Assembly (NCBI GenBank): GCA_963713975.1
Contig: OY970218.1
Location: 3,296,001-3,360,000 of the forward strand
Length of the DNA: 64,000 bases
DNA from: an uncultured Chloroflexia bacterium
GTDB lineage: Bacteria; Chloroflexota; Limnocylindria; Limnocylindrales; CSP1-4
Reading direction: 5' to 3'
The translations under genes were made by a program, and so were the position numbers. The notes below the pieces were generated by a model that did no database searches, had not been told where the DNA came from, and saw only the letters and a list, made by a program, of their open reading frames with translations. Shown in pieces: positions 49,318-60,499 of this stretch. Numbering within the stretch: the first letter of the stretch is position 1; every line of letters starts with the position of its first letter.

Positions 49318-50394
49318 CTACCTCGTCGGCGGCGGCATGCGGATCTGGTCGCCTGCGCGGAGTCGCCCGCCGTTGGCGTACTTCGGGTTCCAGGCGTAGA
49401 TCGTCGCGATCGGATGTCCGAACCAGTTGGCGATGCTGAACAGGTTGTCGCCTGACCGGACGGTGTAGACGTAGCACTTCTTGCGGTCCGGGCACGCCGT
49501 CAGCACCGCGTACCGATCGCTCTTGGGGGTGGCGGACGGCTCGGTGGTCGGGGTCGGCGTCGGTGCGATGGTGGGCGTGGGGCTGGGGATCGGGGTCGGA
49601 GATGGCGCCGGGGTTGACGTCGGAGCTGGCGTCGGCGTCGGGGCAGGCGGCAGGGAAGCCGCGCTCGCCGGCACCGTGGCCGTTGGAACGGGGGCGGGTG
49701 TCCCTACGACGGCCTGCCCGGTGGGTTCCGGGCGGACCGAGGCAGCCGCGACGCCTGGCGAGGACGCACCGATCACGGGCATCTCGATGCCGCCCCGCTG
49801 AACCACGAAGCCGAACGACAGCGCGGCGCTCAGGACCAGGATGAGAAGTGCGGCGACTGTCGCGGTCGGCACCTGGGGCAGCGACCGGGATCGGGCCGGC
49901 GTCGCGGACATCGCACCGTGGAGGTAGCGCGGGCAATCGGCGTGGGCGGCGCGAAGGCAGACGAGCTCCTGCTGCCGGAGCGACTGGAGCCGCGGGGCGC
50001 CGATGGCAACGCACGTCTGCTCCGCGCCGGGAGCGATCGCCGGCGCCACCAGCGCCCCATCGACGTCCCGACGCAGGAACGGACAGACCGATGGATCGGG
50101 GGACCGTCCCGCCGTGTCGAGCGCCGGCGGCTCGGCACGCAGGCCGACCGGGGGAATGTCGACCGGTGACACGCCGCCCGGGGGCACGTCTACGGGCGCA
50201 ACGGGCGGCACGTCTGCGCCCCCGGGACCGGATGGCGCGTCGTCCGCGACCGGCGATGCGGATACCTCCGGGTCGGGCGTGGGCTCAGCCGGGACAGGTT
50301 CCACGCCATCCGGAACCGGGTCCTCCCGGTCCGGTGCGGCCCCGTCGTCCGCGGGCTTCTTCCTCAGCTCGAGTCCCTCCCGGTGGGTGCTCAT
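49318..50394 (-). CDS. Membrane-anchored LysM-domain protein with an N-terminal Cys/His motif
   Basis: C-terminal LysM (YTVRSGDNLFSIANWFGHPIATIYAWNP...LRAGDQIRMP), Pro/Thr linker, one TM helix, CPFL...C...C...H..CPRY. Confidence 0.85.
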   Translation of the reverse strand: MSTHREGLELRKKPADDGAAPDREDPVPDGVEPVPAEPTPDPEVSASPVADDAPSGPGGADVPPVAPVDVPPGGVSPVDIPPVGLRAEPPALDTAGRSPDPSVCPFLRRDVDGALVAPAIAPGAEQTCVAIGAPRLQSLRQQELVCLRAAHADCPRYLHGAMSATPARSRSLPQVPTATVAALLILVLSAALSFGFVVQRGGIEMPVIGASSPGVAAASVRPEPTGQAVVGTPAPVPTATVPASAASLPPAPTPTPAPTSTPAPSPTPIPSPTPTIAPTPTPTTEPSATPKSDRYAVLTACPDRKKCYVYTVRSGDNLFSIANWFGHPIATIYAWNPKYANGGRLRAGDQIRMPPPTR

Positions 50395-50598
50395 CAGCGT
50401 CCGTGGGCCCGAGTCTAGTACCTCCGGTACCTTGTCGCGGTCGAATCGCGGGTGCTAGGCTGCGGCTCCGGCGCACCGGGATCGGCTGCGACCGCCACTA
50501 TCGTTGCTACGGCCAATACCGGCCGGGAGAGATCGAGCCCCAGGTTCATGGCCCTTCCGCCCGCCACCGCGACGCCGCCGCATCAGCGCGAATCGGAC

Positions 50599-50802
50599 GT
50601 GTCGCACCTCGCCCCTCACCGCATCAAGCGCTGCACGTATCGCCGCCTGATCTCCATCGACCGGCCTGACGAGCGCCTGTACGAGGTGGAGTGCCTCTAC
50701 CCGGACCGCAAGGTGCCGATCCCCCTGGGTGACCTCGACACCAGCATGCCGATCTGCAACGCCTGCACGGCCGCGCACATCTTCCGCGCCGACGAGGATT
50801 GA
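50599..50802 (+). CDS. Small Cys-rich hypothetical protein (about 67 aa)
   Basis: Nearly all codons end in G/C; C...C...CNAC pattern. Start uncertain (GTG 50599 or ATG 50548). Confidence 0.65.
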   Translation: MSHLAPHRIKRCTYRRLISIDRPDERLYEVECLYPDRKVPIPLGDLDTSMPICNACTAAHIFRADED

Positions 50803-50879
50803 ACGACCCACGGCACTGCCGGGACTGACCGGCCGGGGTCTTGCGCGCATCTCAGGGGCCGAGGAGTTGCTGCGCTCAC

Positions 50880-51051
50880 GAGCGCCCGTGAGCCGCTGGG
50901 CGGCTGAACCGTCGGGTGGCGTGCATTCCGGGCCGCCTGGCGGCACACCTGTCGGTCTGACGGGTGTAACTCAGCCCGCCCAAGCGACAGACGTGCCGCC
51001 AGGCGACGCAAATCACGATGCGCCCGACCGTTGATCCGGTGGGCGGCGCTC
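50880..51051 (-). ncRNA. Candidate structured RNA (long rod-like hairpin), family unassigned
   Basis: 23-bp helix (50932-50954 with 50985-51007) that is continuous only on the minus strand, via three G-U pairs, plus nested inner and outer stems. Confidence 0.35.
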
Positions 51052-51061
51052 CTGTCATGGC

Positions 51062-51727
51062 TCAGAGGCAGGTCACCTCGAAGCTGCCGGTCAAGGTTCC
51101 CGATGCCCGACCGAACAGGATCGCGGCCTGATCGCTGAAGGTCGCGGTGCCGGTTGCCTGCACCGGGCGCCCATCCGGCACTGAGTAGCTGTCGATCTGG
51201 CTCTTGCCCGCTGGGTGCGAGTCGTTGAACCAGCCATCGTCGCCGGCCACCCAGTGGACACCGTCGGTGGCCTCATCGCCAATCTTGACGGCCACCAGAG
51301 GCGAGCCGTACGTGTCGCCCTCACTCTCCCAACCCTCGGGCGGGAGCAAGATGATCACCTCAGGGTCGCCACCGTAGTTGCCGGCCTGGATGTAGCGAGG
51401 CGCGAAGATATCGCATCGGACCTCGGTGAATTCGTAGCGGTCCGGTCCGATCGTCACAACGGCGGACTTCAGGGCGGCGCCCCCAAGGTCGCCACCTGGA
51501 ACAGCTGGATCCGCCGGGGGCGATGTCGATTCCGGACTCGGCGCGGTCGAGTCCGCCGGGCGCGAGGTTGACGCCGGAGATTCGCCGGGTGCGGCGGACG
51601 GGTCGGACTGGTTTCCAGCCGGGCTACCGGCTTCGCCGGCAGCGCATCCGAGCACGCTCGGCGACACGGCAACGACACCTGTGATCCGCCGCAACGACAC
51701 GAACGGAATGGTCTGACTTCCCTGCAT
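51062..51727 (-). CDS. Hypothetical secreted protein or lipoprotein
   Basis: Weak lipobox-like VLGC, Ser/Pro/Ala linker, beta-rich C-terminal domain. Start uncertain. Confidence 0.55.
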   Translation of the reverse strand: MQGSQTIPFVSLRRITGVVAVSPSVLGCAAGEAGSPAGNQSDPSAAPGESPASTSRPADSTAPSPESTSPPADPAVPGGDLGGAALKSAVVTIGPDRYEFTEVRCDIFAPRYIQAGNYGGDPEVIILLPPEGWESEGDTYGSPLVAVKIGDEATDGVHWVAGDDGWFNDSHPAGKSQIDSYSVPDGRPVQATGTATFSDQAAILFGRASGTLTGSFEVTCL

Positions 51728-51875
51728 GAGTGCCTCCGGCTCTCGGGGGGACGCGCCGATCGGTCGGCACGATCGCCTGGCGACGAGCAGTTGGTCACTT
51801 GAGGACACGCAGGGCAGCAAGCGATCGGGCTCAGATTGCCACCTGGCTCAGATCCGCCGCGGTCGGGAGATGGCG

Positions 51876-52220
51876 CCAGCGAGGCGGCCTGTAAGCCGAG
51901 TTCTGTGCCGCGGCTGGCGCCACGGCGACGGTCATCCATCTAGGCCGCCGGTTGCCCGACGGCTCATGCAGCCGACCCGAGGGCTGGGCAGCGCGCCTCT
52001 CCCCCCGGCGGACCGGGGTTGCGCCCTCCTATTTGGCCTTGCTCCGGGTGGAGTTTGCCGCGTTTCACTCCGGTCCCAAGGGACCGGCATCGTCACTGTG
52101 GCACTAGTCCTCGCCTCACGGCGGACGGGCGTTACCCGCCACCCTGCGCTGGGGAGCTCGGACTTTCCTCACGCCGCCCGGTTGCCCGGCCGACGCGCGA
52201 CCGTCCGGCCGCCTCGCTGG
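51876..52220 (-). ncRNA. rnpB: RNase P RNA
   Basis: Minus strand GAGGAAAGTCCGAGCTC, AGTGCCACAG, GGCAAACTCCACCCGGAGCAAGG, ACAGAACTCGGCTTAC; P1 from CCAGCGAGGCGGCC/GGCCGCCTCGCTGG. TACAAT -10 at 52233-52228. Confidence 0.96.
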
Positions 52221-52245
52221 CCCGCGGATTGTAGGCGCGATCGCG

Positions 52246-52656
52246 TCAGGGGGCGACGAACAGGAGGACGTCGCCTGACTCGGTCGTGAGCCGCAGGCGC
52301 CCTGTGCCTGTGTCGAACTCGAACCGCGGCCGGCCCTCGACGACCCGGAGCAGGATCGCATCCTGGGCGGCCATGGCCTCGTCACAGGGGCTGGGCTGCA
52401 GGATCTCCGAGTCAAGGAGGATGCGGTTGCCCTCGAGGTGGTACGAGCCCCCGCCGCTCCGGCAGCCGGTGTTGACCGTGAAGCGGCCGTCCGCTCCGAA
52501 GCCCACTCCGACGATCCCGTCGGGGTCGACGGGCGCGGTGCCCGCGATCTCATCCAGCTTCCAGGTCTGATCCACCAGGACGTCCGACGTCGTCACGCAC
52601 GCGGCCACCTGCAGCAGCAGTACGACGAGCCAGGCGAGCCTGAGAAGGGAGATCAC
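52246..52656 (-). CDS. META/HslJ-domain lipoprotein
   Basis: Lipobox VAAC, TWKLDEIAG, NTGCRSGGGSY, second Cys (PCDEAMAAQD). GTGA overlap with the upstream gene. Confidence 0.75.
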   Translation of the reverse strand: MISLLRLAWLVVLLLQVAACVTTSDVLVDQTWKLDEIAGTAPVDPDGIVGVGFGADGRFTVNTGCRSGGGSYHLEGNRILLDSEILQPSPCDEAMAAQDAILLRVVEGRPRFEFDTGTGRLRLTTESGDVLLFVAP

Positions 52657-53285
52657 GACAGCAACTCCCGCACGGCCCCCGCGATGACCCGACCCAGGGA
52701 CGCGTGGCCGGCCGGCGTGAGATGGACGCCGTCCACGGGGTCCACGTCCGCAACGGTGGACGCGTCCAGGAGCGCGACCCCATTCATCTCGGCCACTGCC
52801 CGGTACAGGGCCGGCATCCGTTCGCACTTGGCCCTGGCCTCCCCGAACCCCCAGACCTCGGAGCGGTCCGTCACCGCGCCCGGTCGCGGCGGGGCGACGA
52901 GAAGCACCCGGGGAGCCGCACCGTCCGGGCCCGTCCCCGAGCCAAGTGCCACACTCACGAGGGCCCCGACCCCGGCCGCGATCTCCGCCGCGCTCCGCCC
53001 GAAGATCGACTTCAGGTCGTTCGTCCCGAGCATGAGCACCAGGACGTCCACGGGGGCGTGCGAGCGGAGGCAGGGCAGCACGTACGTCCGCCCGTTGCGG
53101 CCGTCGAGGTACGGGTCGTCCCAGATCGTGGTCCGGCCGTTGAGGCCCTCCTCGATCACGTCGGCGGCATCCCCCAGCTCCGCCGCCAGCACACCGGGCC
53201 AGCGCACGCCCTTCGGGTACCGCCCGCCCGTCGCCGCGTCGTAGCCGTAGGTGTTGGAATCGCCGTAGCAGACGATGGTGGGCAT
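52653..53285 (-). CDS. SGNH/GDSL hydrolase (arylesterase-like)
   Basis: CYGDSNTYG, EGLNGRTT, MLGTND, DGVH. Confidence 0.92.
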   Translation of the reverse strand: MPTIVCYGDSNTYGYDAATGGRYPKGVRWPGVLAAELGDAADVIEEGLNGRTTIWDDPYLDGRNGRTYVLPCLRSHAPVDVLVLMLGTNDLKSIFGRSAAEIAAGVGALVSVALGSGTGPDGAAPRVLLVAPPRPGAVTDRSEVWGFGEARAKCERMPALYRAVAEMNGVALLDASTVADVDPVDGVHLTPAGHASLGRVIAGAVRELLS

Positions 53286-53312
53286 CGCGCTCCCTTCGCT
53301 CGGGCTACCGGT

Positions 53313-53795
53313 TCAGGTTCCGGGCTGGACCCGGCGGGCCCGGGCCACCCTCGCGGGCCCCCCGGCGGCCACCCGGTCCAGGGCCTCGTTGGCGAGACGG
53401 TCCGCGGTCGAGTTCTGGGCCCGCGGCACATGTGCCGCCGACCAGCGGCGGAAGCCTCCAAGCATTGCCTTCGCATCGGCGTGGAGCGGGATCAGCTTGG
53501 CGTCCTTGACCCGCCACCGGCCGTGGAGCTGCTCCACGATCAGCTTGGAGTCGAGGAACAGGTCAACCCGCTCGGCGCCCAGCCGCTGCGCCAGCCTGAG
53601 CGCCTCCACGACGCCCCTCCACTCGGCCACGTTGTTGGTCTGGATGCCGAGCGCCTCGGAGATGGTCGCATCGGGCGGTGCGGCGGGCTCGAGGGCATCC
53701 GCGCGGGCGCCGTCGATGAGGGCCGCCCCCAGTGAGGCCGGCCCGGGATTGCCCCGCGCCGCACCGTCGGTGCGGATCACGAGGTGCGCGATCAC
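53313..53795 (-). CDS. rnhA: Ribonuclease HI (archaeal/actinobacterial-like type)
   Basis: TDGAARGNPG, TNNVAE, LDSKLIVEQ, VPRAQNSTADRLAN (DEDD catalytic set). Confidence 0.88.
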   Translation of the reverse strand: MIAHLVIRTDGAARGNPGPASLGAALIDGARADALEPAAPPDATISEALGIQTNNVAEWRGVVEALRLAQRLGAERVDLFLDSKLIVEQLHGRWRVKDAKLIPLHADAKAMLGGFRRWSAAHVPRAQNSTADRLANEALDRVAAGGPARVARARRVQPGT

Positions 53796-53839
53796 CGGGA
53801 GCTGGGCGGTCCCGGCACCGGAGTCCGGACGCGGTCCGC

Positions 53840-54541
53840 TCAGGCGCGACGCCCCACGATCGCCGAGGACACCTCGAGGATCGCCTGGGTGATGTGGATG
53901 CCGCGCGGGCAGGCGTCCGTGCAGTTGAAGATCGTGCGGCAGCGCCAGACGCCGTCGCGGTCGGCCAGGATCTCCAGGCGCTCCTCGGCCGCATCGTCGC
54001 GGGTGTCGAAGATGAACCGGTGGGCGTTGACGATCGCCGCCGGCCCGACGTAGTCCGGCTGGGCCCAGAAGGACGGGCACGAGGTCGTGCACGCCGCGCA
54101 CAGGATGCACTTCGTGGTGTCGTCGAACTTCGCCCGGTCCTCGGCGGATTGCCGGCGCTCCCGGTCCGGTGGCGGAGCATCGGCCTGGAGGAACGGCTGC
54201 ACGCTCCGGAACTTGGCGAAGAAGGTGTCCATGTCGACGACGAGGTCCTTCATCACCGGCAGGCCCGGCAGCGGTGCCACCGTGATCCTCCTGCCACCCA
54301 GCTGGTCCACCCGGATCTTGCACGCAAGCCGGTTTCGACCGTTGATCAGCATGGCGTCCGACCCGCAGACGCCGTGGGCGCAGGACCTGCGGAACGTCAG
54401 CGTCCCGTCCTGCTCGTACTTGACCTTGTGCAGGAGGTCCAGGACGCGGTCCATCGGACCGGCCTCGACCGTGTAGCGCTCCTCGTGCGGCTTCTCGTCC
54501 CGCTCCGGGTCGTAGCGGAGGATCCGCAGCTCGATCTGCAT
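53840..54541 (-). CDS. sdhB: Succinate dehydrogenase iron-sulfur subunit
   Basis: RRSCAHGVCGSD, CILCAACTTSCP, CRTIFNCTDACP. Confidence 0.96.
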   Translation of the reverse strand: MQIELRILRYDPERDEKPHEERYTVEAGPMDRVLDLLHKVKYEQDGTLTFRRSCAHGVCGSDAMLINGRNRLACKIRVDQLGGRRITVAPLPGLPVMKDLVVDMDTFFAKFRSVQPFLQADAPPPDRERRQSAEDRAKFDDTTKCILCAACTTSCPSFWAQPDYVGPAAIVNAHRFIFDTRDDAAEERLEILADRDGVWRCRTIFNCTDACPRGIHITQAILEVSSAIVGRRA

Positions 54542-54557
54542 CGGTCGCTCCCCCGCC

Positions 54558-56306
54558 CTAGTAGACACGCGGCTTGGGCTGGAACCTGGTGATCGTGACC
54601 GGCTTGTAGGCCAGCTCGATCGCCCCGTCCGCGCCCTTCGTCGCGAGGGAATGGGTCAGGAAGTTCACGTCGTCCCGGTCCGGGTAATCCTCCCGGCTAT
54701 GGGCCCCGCGACTTTCCTTCCGGTTGATGCATGCGGCGACCATCGTCTCGGCGCAGTCGAGCAGGTAGCCGACCTCACGTGCCTCGAGGAGGTCCGTGTT
54801 GAAGGTCATGCCCTTGTCGTCGATGCTGACGCCCTCGTAGCGCTGCCGAAGCTCGGCGACCTTGGACCGGGCGCGCTCGAGGCCGGCCGCGTCGCGGTAG
54901 ACCCCGGCATCGTCCATCATCACGTCGGCCAGCTCCGTGCGGATGACCTCCTTCCGCTCGCCCCGGGGGCGTTCGCGGATGGCTTCGAGCTCCGCTCGGA
55001 CGGGCTCGGTGACCTCCTCCGAGACCTCGGCGAGGTCCACGCCCCGGATGTCGGCCGCCATCTGGCGTCCGGCCCGCCGCCCGAAGACCAGCAGGTCCAC
55101 CAGCGAGTTCGTCCCCAGGCGGTTGGCCCCGTGGACGGACACGCAGGCTGCCTCGCCGGCCGCGTAGAGACCCGGCACCACCGTGTTGGCGGCGTCGCGC
55201 GTCACCTGCGTCAGCATGTTGGTGGGGACGCCGCCCATCGCGTAGTGCGCGGTCGGCTGGATCGGGATCGGGTCCGTGTAGGGCTCGATGCCCTGGTAGA
55301 CCCGGACGAAGTCGGTGATGTCGGGCAGCTTCTCGTCGATCTTCTTGCGCCCGAGGTGGCGGACGTCGAGGTAGACGTAGTCCTTGCCATCGATGCCGCG
55401 CCCGGCCCGGATCTCCTGCACGATGGCCCGGCTGACCATGTCCCGTGGCGCCAGCTCCATGAGCTTGGGGGCGTAGCGCTCCATGAACCGGAAGCCGTCG
55501 TTGTCAAGCAGGTAGGCGCCCTCGCCGCGAGCCGCCTCCGAGAGCAGGATCCCGATCCCGACGATGCCCGTGGGATGGAACTGGTAGAACTCCATGTCCT
55601 GCATCGGGACGCCATGGCGGTAGGCCAGGGAGACTCCGTCGCCGGTGAGGCTCCAGGCGTTGGAGGTAACCCGGAACATGCGCCCGAAGCCACCCGTCGC
55701 GATCAGCACGGCCTTGGAGCGCAGCGTTACCAGCTCGCCGTCGGCGATCCGGTAGGCCACCACGCCGGCAGCGCGTCCGCCCGAGCCCAGGGCACCACCG
55801 TCGGTGACAAGGTCCACCACGTGGTACTCGTCGTAGAACTTGACGCCAGCCTTGAGGCACTGCTGGTAGAGGGTCTGGAGGATCATGTGGCCGGTGCGGT
55901 CGGCGGCGAAGCACGCCCGCATGACCGGGCCCTCGCCGTAGTTGCGCGTGTGACCGCCGAACCGGCGCTGGTCGATCTTGCCGTCGGGTGTCCGGTTGAA
56001 CGGCAGGCCCATATGCTCGAGCTCGATCACCGTCTCGATGGCCTCGCGGGCGAGCACCTCGGCCGCGTCCTGGTCCACCAGGTAGTCGCCACCCTTGATG
56101 GTGTCGAACATGTGCCACTCCCAGTGGTCCTCCTCCTGGTTCCCCAGGGCGGCACACACGCCGCCCTGGGCGGCGCCGGTGTGGGAGCGGGTCGGGTACA
56201 GCTTGGTCAGGACGGCCGAATCCACCCCGGCCTTGGCGAGCTCGAGGGCTGCCCACAGGCCGGCGCCGCCGGCCCCTACGATCAGCGCATCGTGGTCCCG
56301 GATCAT
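54558..56306 (-). CDS. sdhA: Succinate dehydrogenase flavoprotein subunit
   Basis: GAGGAG, RSHTGAAQGG (FAD-His), QFHPTG, HYAMGG, HGANRLGTNSL. Confidence 0.97.
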   Translation of the reverse strand: MIRDHDALIVGAGGAGLWAALELAKAGVDSAVLTKLYPTRSHTGAAQGGVCAALGNQEEDHWEWHMFDTIKGGDYLVDQDAAEVLAREAIETVIELEHMGLPFNRTPDGKIDQRRFGGHTRNYGEGPVMRACFAADRTGHMILQTLYQQCLKAGVKFYDEYHVVDLVTDGGALGSGGRAAGVVAYRIADGELVTLRSKAVLIATGGFGRMFRVTSNAWSLTGDGVSLAYRHGVPMQDMEFYQFHPTGIVGIGILLSEAARGEGAYLLDNDGFRFMERYAPKLMELAPRDMVSRAIVQEIRAGRGIDGKDYVYLDVRHLGRKKIDEKLPDITDFVRVYQGIEPYTDPIPIQPTAHYAMGGVPTNMLTQVTRDAANTVVPGLYAAGEAACVSVHGANRLGTNSLVDLLVFGRRAGRQMAADIRGVDLAEVSEEVTEPVRAELEAIRERPRGERKEVIRTELADVMMDDAGVYRDAAGLERARSKVAELRQRYEGVSIDDKGMTFNTDLLEAREVGYLLDCAETMVAACINRKESRGAHSREDYPDRDDVNFLTHSLATKGADGAIELAYKPVTITRFQPKPRVY

Positions 56307-56698
56307 GGCCGCACCGGGAAGCTCATGGTGGCGACCGCGATCGTGCCCATCGCGAAGATCACGAGGGCGCCCATGTAGAGCAGCAGCGTCAGCGCCATCC
56401 GCAGGCCACCGGACGTGTAGTCCTGGACGACAGTGCGCATGCCCATGAACGCATGGAAGACGACGAACGAGAGCATCAGCCAGTCGGCCGTCCGCCACGC
56501 CAGGCTCCCCCACCGCTCATCGAGGATCCACTGCGCCGTCTGGTCCTTGGGGTCGTACAGGAAGTGGACGATGATGTAGTGGGCGAGGGCGGTCACGAAC
56601 AGGCCCAGGCCCGTCAGCCGCATGAGGTACCAGATCGCGAGCTCCCAGCCGCTGCCCGACGGGCGGACACGACCGGAGCGGGAGTACTTGGTGGTCAT
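56303..56698 (-). CDS. sdhD: Succinate dehydrogenase membrane anchor subunit
   Basis: MRLTG...AHY, FHAFMGMRTVVQDY; three TM helices. Confidence 0.88.
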   Translation of the reverse strand: MTTKYSRSGRVRPSGSGWELAIWYLMRLTGLGLFVTALAHYIIVHFLYDPKDQTAQWILDERWGSLAWRTADWLMLSFVVFHAFMGMRTVVQDYTSGGLRMALTLLLYMGALVIFAMGTIAVATMSFPVRP

Positions 56699-57081
56699 GA
56701 CTGGAACCTGAAGGGGGGCTCGAACCCGAAGGCGGGTGCCATGATCTGGACGAGGATCGGCAGCCCGATGATGACGAACAGGACCCAGCTCGCGTACCAC
56801 AGCTGCTTGTGGTAGCGGGTCATCGACGGCCAGAAGTCCATGATGATGATCCGCACGCCGTTGAGCGCGTGGTACAGGAGCGCCGCGCCGAGCAGCGACT
56901 CCACGACGCGCCCGCCGGGGCTGGCGTAGATCACCAGGAGCTCGTCGTACAGCGGCGGATTGGCGCCCGCGAGCCAGATGTCGAAGACATGGAGCAGGAT
57001 GAACGCCCAGATGGCGATCCCCGCGATGCGATGGAATGCCCACGCATACATCCCCTCGCTGCCCCGGTACCGCAGGAGCAT
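56695..57081 (-). CDS. sdhC: Succinate dehydrogenase cytochrome b subunit
   Basis: FHRIAG, LLHVFD, YHALNGVRIIIMDF. GGAGG RBS. Confidence 0.9.
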   Translation of the reverse strand: MLLRYRGSEGMYAWAFHRIAGIAIWAFILLHVFDIWLAGANPPLYDELLVIYASPGGRVVESLLGAALLYHALNGVRIIIMDFWPSMTRYHKQLWYASWVLFVIIGLPILVQIMAPAFGFEPPFRFQS

Positions 57082-57140
57082 GGAGCCTCCGTTGTCTCCC
57101 GACCCGCGGCCGCGGGTCGCAGCTTGGCTTGGGCCGGCCG

Positions 57141-58145
<1,005 letters not shown>

Positions 58146-58354
58146 GGATCCATTCTAGCCGCGCCATTGGACCCGCGGAGGCTCGGGCGGCCCCCCTTTC
58201 CCGGGTGCCGGAGGTCGCCTAGGCATGGGCCATCCGGCCGTAGCCGAGCGGGCACGCACCGTTCGAAGCCGGAATGGCCCGCCCCGCCCAGCGGTCGCGC
58301 GGCTATCATCGGGATCAGCCCAGGTCCCGCTCGCCCGGAGGTCTCGCCCGTCGC

Positions 58355-59535
<1,181 letters not shown>

Positions 59536-59539
<4 letters not shown>

Positions 59540-60420
59540 GCATCCTGATCGGGCGCGACACGCGGCTCGTGGTCCAGGGCATCACCGGGCGCGAGGGCGA
59601 GTTCCACAGCCGGGCCATGCTCGAGTACGGCACCCCGATCGTCGCCGGCATGACGCCGGGCAAGGGCGGCCAGACGGCCCTGGACGGTCGGGTCCCGGTG
59701 TTCAACACCGTGATCGACGCCGTCCGCGAGACCGGCGCCAACACGTCCTGCATCTTCGTCCCGGCCGGCGGTGCCCCGGACGCGGTGCTCGAGGCCGTGG
59801 ACGCCGGGATCTCCACCATCTTCTGCATCACCGAGGGCATCCCTGCCCTGGACATGGTCCCGGTCGTCGAGGTCGTACGGCGCGCCGGCGCCCGCCTGAT
59901 CGGCCCCAACTGCCCGGGGGCCACGTCTCCGGGACGGGCGAAGGTGGGCATCATCCCGGGCTCGATCCATCGCGAGGGCCACGTCGGCGTCGTCTCCCGC
60001 TCCGGCACGCTGACTTACGAGGCCGTCCAGGCCATGACCGACGCCGGCCTCGGCCAGTCCACCTGCGTCGGGATCGGCGGCGACCCAGTCATCGGGACCC
60101 AGTTCCTGGACGTCCTGGAGCTGTTCGCGGCGGATCCCGAGACGGAGGCCCTGGTGCTCATCGGCGAGATCGGCGGGGCCGCCGAGGAGGAGGCCGCGGC
60201 ATGGGCCGCCGAGCACATGGCGCACGTCCCGAAGGTGGCGTTCATCGCCGGTCGCACGGCCCCCGAGGGCAAGCGCATGGGCCACGCCGGAGCGATCATC
60301 TCGGGCGGACGCGGCACGGCGGCCTCCAAGGTGACGGCGCTGGAGACCGCGGGCTTCCGGGTCGCCGGCTCGCCCACGGAGCTGCCCGCGCTGCTGCGCG
60401 AGGCCGGATACCGGGGCTGA
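59536..60420 (+). CDS. sucD: Succinyl-CoA synthetase alpha subunit
   Basis: [21 protein letters not shown], phospho-His motif MGHAGAII. Confidence 0.97.
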
Positions 60421-60499
60421 CGGACGCCGTAGACTGTCGCCTTGCGATCCCGCGCGGGTCGTGGTGCGAGATGGAAGGAGGAGCGGCGCCCCGGCGCCT

